This document shows positions 1 to 10,699 of a stretch of 64,000 nt of DNA, in pieces. Position 1 is the first letter of the stretch, and each line of letters opens with the position of its first letter. Below the pieces are notes generated by a model that was not told the DNA's origin, did no database searches, and worked only from the letters and a program-made list of their open reading frames with translations. Origin of the DNA: Strigamia acuminata (lineage: Eukaryota); NCBI GenBank assembly GCA_949358305.1, contig OX442314.1:21452001-21516000 (forward strand). The letters are read 5' to 3'. Made by a program: the position numbers and the translations under genes.

Positions 1-640
1 TTAAAAATAGGTTGCCCACTTCTTTTTCCCGAAAATCAAAACGATAATAATAGTAGAAATAATAATAATAATACGTACTCACTATTTGCGCAAAATGCAG
101 TCCTCATCGTGATTCTATAAACAAACAAAAAAAACATAAATTTTCTCTTCTAAAAATTTCAATTCCAGTAATTATTACCACCGATATATTTTTTGTCAGG
201 TAGTCTGCATAAAACTTACACGTCCTGCGATTAATAAAACTATAATGTGCCTTTGGTTTTTCCCTGTAACCAAACCCCGTTTCAAAGTACATCATTCGTC
301 ACATCCGCATGTTTTACTACACAGAAGTCATTCATCGCATTGCCAGGTAAGAACCTAATCATTTCTATGTCAATATTAGAGCTACTGTATATTCAAAAAT
401 TACTCCTCATTTTCAAATTGCTTCGCCAATGTGAACAAACAGTATTCATTGTTTCCGATAATTAAAATGGCCATGTTTATGATTAAAATAAAAATAAAAA
501 AACAAGATGTGGGAAGCAAATGCAAAATGGGAAGTGGTTTCTCAATACCCCTATTCATTTGACGTTTATTAAAAACATTCCAGGAACCTAAATATTCTTA
601 TCTATACTTTTTGAAACTCAAATGTTTATTCTAAACCTTT

Positions 641-1056
641 ATGGCTCGGTTTTCAATAAATCCACATCTGTTTCTCCTCTCATTTTGCATACGAGGTAAG
701 TTTCAGTATCAAGTTTTGAATTTTCATTTAAATTTATCATTATTTTTTTTTTTTTTACATTTATTCAAGGTGTTTTAGCATCAAGTGATATCGTTTTGCT
801 GTATTTACCACCAGTATCAGTATTTGCTTTATTTGGAATTGCTATAGCCTACGTAATATCTCAGATTTATTGCTCATCTTGTTGTAAAAAATCGCAAACT
901 GATCTCGTGTGTCACGTGAACGCGACTGAAGAAGAATTTCAACTTGGAAACATTAATGAAACGTTATTAATAAACATACCACTCAATGCTAGCGATTCGG
1001 TGCAACCGGGGTACACACCACCACCGTCGTACCAATTTCTATTCCTGAATAAATGA
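641..1056 (+). CDS. Small single-pass TM protein with PPxY motif (cluster gene 1, ~113 aa)
   Basis: Exon 1 641-695 (MARFSINPHLFLLSFCIR, donor G|GTAAGT, phase 1) joins in frame to exon 2 770-1056 (GVLASSDIV...TM...CSSCCKK...VQPGYTPPPSYQFLF). Clear paralog of gene 3. Confidence 0.8.
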
Positions 1057-1219
1057 TTGACAGTTAAATTATTACAAAGTCTGTTCGTCATTGCTGTTTC
1101 TCTTGTGCCAAGCAAAATTCAGGTGTAAGAAAATTTTCAAATCGCGAACAAATAGTTAAAAATGTTAAACCCAAATTTTCCGAGTTTGCTATGAGTTCAA
1201 TTGCCGAAATTTAAATATA

Positions 1220-1388
1220 CCGTCGAAACTCTTTATAGCATATCGCGATATAACGAATTATCGTTATAACGAATGCCTAAAAATGGCCGGTTTGGTTGGC
1301 CTTGTTAAAAATTTCGATATAACGAATTCTCGTTAAAATGAATCGATTTTTCGGGTCCCTTGCAATTCGTTATAAAGATTTTCGACTG
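1220..1388. mobile_element. Tc1/mariner-pogo-type MITE
   Basis: Imperfect TIRs CCGTCGAAACTCTTTATA / TATAAAGATTTTCGACTG flanked by TA; an inverted copy lies at 48044-48224. Confidence 0.85.
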
Positions 1389-1792
1389 TATACTTATAAA
1401 AAAAATCAAACATTAATCTTAACTACACCAAAAAATATTTATCTCTCCTATCGTTCGGCTATGGATACCAAGAAAATTACCAAGCAACAAATAAGTAACG
1501 AAAGAATTAGTTTGGTAAAGAAAATCAATCACTGCAACCAACCACCCATTCAAGTTAATGACGTGACAGGATGGACAACTGTGCACACGAACAGGATATA
1601 ATTGTCACCATTTATTTTTATTTTAGCTGGATTTTTCCCATGTCTACGAAACACATTTCTAAGAATGACTTTTTAGTTCCCGACCCTTTCCACCTTTATT
1701 AAAACCATATCACATTTCTAAATACTGTTACACCAGAACTCAAGGCAGCTTGAGGTAAAGCTAATTGGATATTCTTCACTTTCAACACATGT

Positions 1793-2146
1793 ATGGCTCA
1801 GTTATTTCTGTATTTGTGTTACATTTTGTCACTTTACATTACAGGTAAGTTGATAATGTGGAAATGCAGTTTTGATTTATGTAGTGTTAATGAGTTGAAC
1901 TTTTAATTGACATTAGAAGTTTCGGCGTCAAATGATGTTTGGATTTGGGCGCCAGCAATGGGATATGTGTTTTTTGGTGTAATAGTAGTTTATGCCATTG
2001 TAAAATCATGTTGTATGATATTTTGTAAAACACCGGAAAATACTATTAATGTGAATGTTAATACAACACCGATAAATGTAAGCAAGCGAATAAGTGATGT
2101 TCCACCTCCGTCATATCAAGATCTGTTTCCTTCCTTTCCTAATTAA
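1793..2146 (+). CDS. Small single-pass TM protein with PPxY motif (gene 2, ~93 aa)
   Basis: Exon 1 1793-1844 (MAQLFLYLCYILSLYIT, AG|GTAAGT, phase 1) + exon 2 1917-2146 (EVSASNDVW...TM...KSCCMIFCK...PPPSYQDLF). Confidence 0.8.
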
Positions 2147-3014
2147 TGAATCTAATCATTTTGTAAACATTGGAGTATAACTAAATAATTGACTTGCTCA
2201 TACTATTGTTATCACGATAAAACTCTTTATTACTAGGATTTCATATCAATCTCATTTACCACACCTTCAAACAGTCCAATATTATCTCAAGTGGATAAAA
2301 AAATCTAGAAAAAATTATACTTGAAATTTTTTTTATTTAAATTTTTTTAAAAAAAATTAAAAATTTGTAATTTAAGAAATTATATTTTGGAATTTTCGTG
2401 GAACTGTGGAGATTTTTGAGACGTCCTGAACCCCTGATGCCGGCATTGTGCATGGCTGAACATTTATTCAAGAACTGATTAGATAAACTGACATTTCATG
2501 ACAATTTTCTGGAAAATCCAATCAGATATTAACTCAAATCACTTGGAATATTCCAAACACTCCTATTACTACGCTTAGACGAAACATAACACCTCTTAAT
2601 CAAGTAACTTTGCACTTTTTGTGTGCTATTGCCACAGGATTCTAGACTAGTGAAATATATTATGCGAAATACCGAGACAGCTTGACCCTCAAACTTGGAA
2701 ACGGATGTATTTACAACATTGAAACTAAAAAAAGGTAATCCGTTTTGTGTTAATCTTTAACCAACCAAATCTATAAATAAAAAAAATGGAAATTTGTGTC
2801 CATTCATCCGGTATGATTATTCAAACTGACACACTTGGTTTTCCCACAATCAATTCCTGTTTTCTAACATAAAGCCACCTCCGCAGATAACATTTTTCTA
2901 ACTGTAGTTTCTTCGTATTGGCGAGACCTTTATCAACAGTAAATAATCTGCTAGGCGCGTCTAGCAGAACATTTTTAAAAATAACTCCAGAGATGCAATG
3001 TAAACAGATACAGA

Positions 3015-3438
3015 ATGGATCATTTTTCAATTCAACGACCAATTTTTTTCCTTTTGCTTGACATTCTAGGTGAGTTTGAATAAATCCAATCTAAATTAAT
3101 AAAAACAATTATTATCATCATTATTTTTGTCACCTTCATTTTCATCAGGTGTAGTTTCGGGTTCAAATACTGACGTTTGGCCCTACCTGCCACCGACAAT
3201 TGGATTAAGTTTATTCTGTTTCGTTGTGCTTGTTGTCATCATTCAGTCATGTTGTGCGTCGTGTTGTCAGAAGCGAGAAAGTGTTGCTAACTGTTCCATT
3301 AATGGCACCAGTGAACCATTTGACTATGGAACCAATCAATCAACATCAGCACACATTCCTTGTTGTTCTAAACATTTTGTGCAGCCGGGATTTACTCCAC
3401 CACCGTCGTATCAAAATCTTTTTCCTGATGAATGTTAA
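3015..3438 (+). CDS. Small single-pass TM protein with PPxY motif (gene 3, ~114 aa)
   Basis: Exon 1 3015-3069 (MDHFSIQRPIFFLLLDIL, AG|GTGAGT, phase 1) + exon 2 3149-3438 (TM, QSCCASCCQKR, VQPGFTPPPSYQNLF). Confidence 0.8.
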
Positions 3439-3683
3439 AGAAAAACGAAACAATTATTGATATTGTCATTTGTTGTAAATATAAATATAAAGATTTTTGT
3501 TTTATACATTGAAAGAAATACAAAAAAAAAAACGTAAATTGCAACATAGTGTCATCACTTCTTATCATTTGTTATTTTTTGCCACTGAGCTAGAAAATGT
3601 GAAATCAGTTTTATCAACAAACAATTAAACGTCATTTGCAAAAAATATCAATCACATGAGCACAAAAGTCAATAGTTGGAAAA

Positions 3684-4582
3684 ATGGTGAATGTTGGATG
3701 TACATTTTTCACTCTTCTTTGGGTGATTTTCACTTTCATTCAAGGTGATTATATATATTTAGCGTATATAATGGGTTTTGTATTCGTTTAAGTTTACATA
3801 TACACTAGTATCTAAATGCATTATGATTTATTTCAAGTTTAAACATGAAAAACAAAACAACCCTTTCGTAAGACTAATACCAGAGTAATTCAGCAATACC
3901 TGTGCATTCATATATTCATTTTATTATATTATTTAACTTACCGCGCTCAATCACCTGACTCCATCGTAGTTTTTGTCACTTCAATCGGCAGCCATTTGCA
4001 CTCACCTAATTGGCCCAAAACCCGTCACGTGCTCAAAACCAAATAAATAATCGTCGAAATTTGTTTCTGAGTTCATACATAATTTAACTCAAAAATTTTG
4101 TTCAGTTTTTAAATTATTTTCCTTTTCAGTTTCTTAATATCATTTATTTTAATCCTATAGAATCGCAATCCTTTCGCCCCGATGATGGCAACAACCACCA
4201 CAAACATCCTCATCACCATGGCCACAGCAAAATGGGCGCGTTTTATGTCATCGCAAGCGTTATATTTATATTCTTGATCTTACTCTTTATTTACTATTGT
4301 TTGCGAAAACATGCAAAGAGGCATCATCCAAATTGCCCGGCGCACCGTAGAAATAGGACCACTCATCTAAGATACGCCCGATTTCCGATGTCAGCCGACA
4401 ATTGCCAATATTGCTCCACACACTATCAACCACCGGCAATGTACGGATCTGTTGCTACATCAAATCCTAACGCCAGCACGATGCCGATACCAAACGTAAC
4501 GATTGCCCCGCCGGACTACAGTTACCTTTATCCACAAAAACCAGTTCAACCGGGACCGGGAGTCCATCAAATGACAAAATAA
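3684..4582 (+). CDS. Single-pass TM protein with His-rich ectodomain and PPxY motif (gene 4, ~160 aa)
   Basis: Exon 1 3684-3744 (MVNVGCTFFTLLWVIFTFIQ, phase 1) + exon 2 4161-4582 (ESQSFRPDDGNNHHKHPHHHGHSK, TM, YYCLRKH, PPDYSYL). Confidence 0.75.
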
Positions 4583-5101
4583 AGTTCACTTTTCTTGATG
4601 TTTAAGTGAAATTAACTGCAATTAACTGCAGTAAAATATTGTATAATAAATTAATAGTTAAGTCATTTCATTATTGACAAGGAATAATTCTATAACTACA
4701 ATTTCAAAGTTCATTACAATCACATTTATTTATACAACAAAACTTGTATGTAAATAAAAACAAAAAACTCTTTGTCAAAGTCATAAACATCATATTATGA
4801 ATAGTACTATATTATGTAAATAAAAATAATATGCTAAGTATTTCAAAATAAAAAGATAATAACAAACTATCATTTCTATTCGGACATTAAAAAATAGATT
4901 GATCTTGAACAATTTTACTGTTTACTGCTTCATATATATCTTAAGTATATAATATTATTTTATATACAAACAAATCATGTATGCCACACAAAAAAAATCG
5001 AAAAATCCATAATATTAAAAATCTCATTTTAGGTCAGGAAGAAGTCAATTGAACGCACGAAACGTACATGATAAAATCACTTATATAATTTGTACTCTCC
5101 A

Positions 5102-6036
5102 TTAAACATCTGGCGAACTCATGTCCTCGCTACTGCTACTGCTTCCGAACAGATCATCGTAAGATGGCGGCGGCTCGCCGTTGTTGGGCAAAGCGCACGC
5201 CACAGCAGTCAAAGTAGCCGAAGTCATCACATCCTTGAAAGGATTAGTTAAATCCTCCACGCCGGACGAGGACGAGGAAACGGAAGAAACGTTCAGTTCC
5301 ATAATCCTTTGGAGTCTTTCGCATCGAAGTTGCGCCACACTGGACACCTGAGCGGACGGTGCCGACTTGACACTTGTTTCTGAGCTGTCCGAAGTCTGCC
5401 TCGGAAACTCGCGAAATATTCTCTGGTTCTGAGCAGACGTCGGTTGCGACACGATGGATTCTGTCGAATGGTAGGAAGGCGGAGGACTGTTGGCTGAAGC
5501 GATGGTTAGGGTTACACTTTGGTAAGGGTCGGCGCAAAGTGTCTGTTCCGATCCCGAATCGATACTCAAGCAAGGAGGCGGCGTGGGCTCTATCACTGGA
5601 ACAGGCGTCTCGAAAGTCGACTGACTGTGAGTCCGCTCGCTCGCTCGACTAAGTCTTTGTACTGTGATGGGGCGGTTGTTGGGCCCGATGATAGTGGCGC
5701 TGCCGTTGTGGAGGCCGTTGCTGCGAACGGATCTCGTTCTGTTGAGGTTTCGAGCGTTGTTGGTCATGTTCGGATGAGGTCTGGCCGGCGACGACACGTA
5801 GGTTGTTAGAAATGCTAGTTGCGTCATGGGTCCGCCCGTGGTGGGTAAAATGCGCAGTCGTTCACGATTTATTTCCGATAATTCAAGTATTCGAGAGAAT
5901 CGCGAGGAGGAGTCGAGACGGACGAGAATGAAGTTCCAGATGTTGCGGCAGCACACGTGACACAGCCATAGAACCACGAGACCGACCATGAAAACGGCGC
6001 TTAGGATGCACACTTTCCCCGTCACTGTAATCATGT
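5102..6036 (-). CDS. TM + long Ser/Pro-rich cytoplasmic tail with two PPPSY motifs; probable alternative terminal exon of the 8264 gene
   Basis: 310-aa ORF: N-terminal TM, CHVCCR, PPPSYH and PPPSYDDLF. A phase-1 acceptor (ATCAAG|AC ATG) lies immediately before the ATG. Confidence 0.75.
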
Positions 6037-6297
6037 CTTGATTTTACATAAATAAGTTAAAAATGTACACGTGTTTTAGAAAATTCATTGTGTATATATA
6101 TTTATCTAGTTGGTTTTTCTTTCGTTTGTTGTCGTTAATGAAAAATAAAAATAAAAATCCAAAAATAGAAATATTAAAAAAAATGGCTACGTATGTATTC
6201 GTAGAGAAGGGCTGGAGAAATCACATAAATGACTTGACACGATTATGATTGGTAGCAATCTCACAACACTTTGTAGTTTTGCGTTAATTCGCACTTA

Positions 6298-8264
6298 TCA
6301 AGATTTATTGGCTTCCACAGTCGCACCGAACAACGATCGGTAGGATGGAGGTGGTTCATCACTGGTCCCGTCTGCAGAGTTCTTGTTGGCAACAGAAGAA
6401 TAAGGCGGAAGACTGTTGCTGCGTAAGACGCCAATATGCCGCTCACGATTAGTTAATTGAGCTTCATCGTCAAGAGATTCCATGGGTAAGCTTAAGGTTG
6501 GCGAGATTTCACTGTGATCATTTTGATTGGCCCGTTGCTGGATGAATGTTCGGCAGCACCAACAGGCAAAAGCTCCTGACAAGGCAATGATGAGAGATGT
6601 GAATAGAGCGATGATAAAAGCACCGAAGTTAAAAGACGATGATTTGTCATCCCACGGATTGACTGCAAAGAAAAATATTTAAATGTTTACTAAATTTGGA
6701 TAATTTAGAGAAATTGATGTTTTATTTTAAGTTGAAACAACAACAGTTGTTTGCTTTGTGCGCGTAAAAATATCACTGAATATGAGGACAGGATAAAAGG
6801 GTTGGCACGAACATGGAACCGAAATAATCTGGATAAATAAATTACAATTCTTGTCTAATAAAACTTTCTTTAGATTGCGCGCACGACATTTGAGTGCAGA
6901 GACGATGAGATGGAGGGAAAATCGGCAGGGCGGTTCCAGAAAAGTACAAGGGCCCCTTGTACTTTTCTGGAATAAAAATGGCCACCCCTTGTCAAGGGGT
7001 GGCCATTTTTATTCCATTTTTCACACAGAAATTGAATTTTTTGGTAAAAAATTAAATTTTTTGTGAATTTTTTGGTAAAAAATTCAATTTTTTGTGAATT
7101 TTTTGGTAAAAAATTCAATTTTTGTGAATTTTTTGGTAAAAAATTGAATTTTTGTGAATTTTTTCGTAAAAAAATTGAATTTTTTGTAATTTTTTTTTAC
7201 GTAATAGTTTGTTTTAATATTTATCAAACCTTGAGACACAATTCGCCTTAAGTTTCAGCAAATAAAAAAGTTTATTAAAATAAGTTGCCTAAAATATCAT
7301 GGAAATGTTAAAACTAATAAAACGCTGCCTCGAGGTTGTTGCACTTAAATCACAAGATGATTGATAACACAAAAATGCAGGTATTTCACTAGGGGCAACA
7401 AAATATCCCCCTCCCCCCCCCAAAAAAAAAAAAAACAAAAAAAAAAAAAAACATCCAGACAACAAGCAACAAGTGTATGTGGCTAACATACAAATAAACT
7501 ATTGCAGAAAAAACAATCCAAGGTTTCGATTGTTACGTAATCCATTGCAGCTATTTAAACTCAATTAATTTTAAACCATCACCTCCACAATTGATTCTTA
7601 AAATGTTTTTGAAACTGAACACTTGTGCCAATAGATATTATGACGTGATATTGTGCAACAAATATGAATAACTTATATTATGACTAAGCACATTTCCAAG
7701 AAGAACAACAGAAATTTAGATTCTTTTAACTTACATAAAGTAAAAGCACACAATTGTGCAAAATGTGTTTACATGTGTGTAAATACTGTATATAAATTAA
7801 TTTTGAGAGTAATTTTTCCCGATGGGAGTATTTACGGCCATAAAAAGTAAAAACAACACAAATTCACACAACAAAACTGAAATAAAACTTTCGTGTCAAT
7901 TATCATTCGTGTATCGTTTGAATTTCTCTTTTTCTCACCTGCAGGTGTTGGTGGTTGTTGTGTGGTTGTTGGTAAATACTTTGGTTTTAAATCTGATCCT
8001 GGCCAACTTTCACATTTACCCTTAAAAAAATCTACAAATCCACATTTTTTCTTGTACGGTTTTCCTTCTTTAAAACTGTCATCTGTAAACAAAAAAAAAT
8101 AAGAAAAGAAAAATTAATTGATTTTTGAAATATTATTTATAAAAATAAATACGAATTCGTTGCGCACAGTTGGTTGACAATTTACCTGAGTCGTAAGTCG
8201 CAGAAAACGTTAGTAATCCGTACAAATACATTGTCAACAATACAACTTCACAACACCTGATCAT
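6298..8264 (-). CDS. Type I TM protein with PY motifs (~195 aa, 3 exons)
   Basis: Exon 1 8264-8186 (MIRCCEVVLLTMYLYGLLTFSATYDS, signal peptide); exon 2 8082-7939 (2 Cys + T/P stalk, phase 1-1); exon 3 6662-6298 (TTTGCAG acceptor, TM, ACWCCR, LPPY, PPPSYRSLF). Confidence 0.8.
6934..7016. repeat. Two overlapping perfect palindromes (39 nt and 49 nt)
   Basis: TTCCAGAAAAGTACAAGGG-C-CCCTTGTACTTTTCTGGAA (6934-6972) and TGGAATAAAAATGGCCACCCCTTG-T-CAAGGGGTGGCCATTTTTATTCCA (6968-7016). Confidence 0.95.
7029..7197. repeat. ~30-32 bp AT-rich minisatellite
   Basis: About 5 copies of AAATT(G/C)AATTTTT(T)GTGAATTTTTTGGTAAAA. Confidence 0.9.
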
Positions 8265-8584
8265 TGTTCACGTTTAAAGAAAACTACTACTGCGTATGTA
8301 ACGTCAAGCTGTATCCCCTAGCACTCAGCACGTAAACACAGCATCCATAGCTGCCAGCACCACGGCCCTCATTCGCATTGGGCTGTGTTTTTCCGTCAAC
8401 CAATATATTATTAGAAACATCTGCTAGGGTGACATTATCGGTTGTTTACTAAGAACAATTACAGTATGAATGAGAAAAATAGTTTGTTTATTTAACAGGA
8501 TTGACGTGTTTTGCACAAACTTCTAAAACTTTTTTAATAAATGTCACTTGGAGCCAGCCTTTAAATCTACTTCGGCCTTCTTTA

Positions 8585-8662
8585 GGGGATTTCGATACGG
8601 AAATTGTTTGACGTCATTCGTGACACACTTTGCCATGAAATTAATGACTCAGAATGACGTCA
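8585..8662. promoter_or_regulatory. Candidate CRE/AP-1/kB-like motif cluster upstream of the 8264 gene
   Basis: GGGGATTTCG (8585), TGACGTCA (8609 and 8655) and TGACTCA (8645) within 80 bp, 320-400 bp upstream of the ATG. Confidence 0.4.
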
Positions 8663-10091
8663 ATCCATGACCTTGGTTTAAAAGTAAAAAGCAACAAACA
8701 AAAATACTCTCAGCAATGGCTGCACCGAAAAATTTAATTTCAAACTAAAAATCTTTTTTTATTGTGACTATCTTGTCACGCACTGAAAAGTAAATCATGC
8801 AACGAATGTACAGGATTTGAAAAATAGAGTAAAAACACTGAAAAGTAGTACTTGAATCAGAAATATTAAAATGTGAAAAGCAAAAATAGTACTGGTAGTT
8901 AATATTTACAAAAAGCTGCAATTGCAATATTTAAGTACAGTATGTACAAATTAGAGGCACTGTTGCATCTAACTGGTGTTTGAAACGTTTGAGTTTGAAC
9001 TGAGAGATGTAATAGTCAGTAGTAATTACTGTCCACATCTGAGGGAAAAAAATTACATTATAGATTCCAAAAAGTTGAGAAAGAAAAAATGTTTGTGTGC
9101 ATTTCTTCTTGTAATTTTAACTCAATCTATTTTTGTAACAGAAAAATTGTATAAAAATACATAGATAGATAACTGCAAGATGCAAAATATAAAGTTCAAA
9201 ATTAGGTAATAGATAGTAATGAGAATATCACAAAATGACAAAAGCCTACTATATGAATTGCAAAACGTGACAAAATGTCTACCTTCAGATGCCTAACTAC
9301 TTTTCAACCTAGAGCTAGGTGATTTCAATTTATACCACACCATTCCTATTTTGTATCATAAGTTTAAAATATAAAAGTTTGTAGAATGAGTATAGATGTT
9401 GCAACGTTGCAAAATCAACCAGCTGTTCAACAGAAAAACCAACAAATTAAATATCAGAAATTTGAGAAATGGTTTTAAAGCCAACCATAACACGTGAACA
9501 TTTTTTAATGGAGGAAAGGAAAGGAAACTAATAACATGTAAATGTCTTTCAGATATTGAAATATCTACATGAATGTCCCACCAGCTGCCAATCAATATAC
9601 TGTATGTCAAAATATCTCAATTCATCATGCATTTCCATACCTAAATAAAACATTTGTCTTTCTAAGAATGTTCTATCAGTGGGTAACTTTTAAGTGGTGG
9701 CATGTGTCTGCAGTACTGAAGTTCTAGAAAAATAACTTGTAAAACTTAATATTCCATAATTATCAAACTTTCTGGACATTTGGAACTTACAAAAAAAATA
9801 ATGTCTATAAATTTTTCCCCAAACTCCAGCACAAGTACAGACACAAATTTCTCAAATAACTGATTTAAACCCACCCACTTTAATTATTTCAAATAAAAAA
9901 ATAATAATATCAGCCCAAAATGTCATTTGACTTATAATTCAATTTTCTACCAGTTACCAGTATACAAAAATCACGTCCCACGTCAATCACACCTGATGAA
10001 AATATTCTAAGCAAGAAAAAAATAATTGAAGCTTTTATCAAACAGTAGATGTACATTGAGACAAGAAGAGGCACTGTTTGCATCACGTGGA

Positions 10092-10699
10092 TTACTGTTT
10101 TGACTGTGTTCTTGATGAAGTCCCAAAAATCTCTTCGTAAGGTGGCGGTGGTTCTTCGTCAAAAGGCGGTGGCGGATCACCGTATAAAACTGTAACCGGT
10201 CTAGCTTGCAAGTTACTAGATGGCACCATGACCATGACGGGTACCTCTATCTGAAAAGTACCGCCGGTGATTGGCAGAAGTGGGTGATGTCGAGGTACGT
10301 TTGATGGACGGGAAGTTGGAACGACTCGCGAACTGGAGGAAGAGCGCACTTTGACAGCGCCATTCTGCACGCTGGCTCTGCGCATGCTCGATGGCGGATG
10401 GGAGAAGTACGGCTTGTGATGATGAGTGCTTATTGCAGACAGTCGTCGTCCGTCTTGGACTTGGATTTTGTTCAAACTTAACAATTGTTCCAACGTGTGT
10501 GGTTGTGCTTGCATAGGAATGTTTTCGTCTAGTGTTGGCGACGGTTGGTCTTGTTCTCGTGTCGGTTTTTTAATGCATTTTGTTATTTTTCTCATTATCC
10601 AAACGAAGAATACCAGAGAGATGAAGGTGAATATAAAGACGAGAACTGACATGACGGAATTGATAAGATTGATTTTCACGCCCTCAATAACTTCATCGC
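10092..10699 (-). CDS. TM + cytoplasmic PY-motif exon (first exon uncertain)
   Basis: Phase-1 acceptor TTTCCAG|GC GAT GAA; TM VMSVLVFIFTFISLVFFVWIM; C-terminal PPPPFDEEPPPPYEEIF. Confidence 0.75.

Noticed and set aside
247..465. ORF and donor CCAG|GTAAG at 346 as another cluster gene
   Set aside because: No ATG-initiated hydrophobic phase-1 exon; at most a 5' UTR exon.
5244..5809. Overlapping alternative-frame and antisense ORFs in the 310-aa exon
   Set aside because: Expected shadows of a GC-richer coding exon; no independent features. The same applies to 22212-22921, 29345-30922 and 36029-37049.
6851..7251. ORFs of 62-82 aa
   Set aside because: Produced by the palindromes and minisatellite; low-complexity translation.
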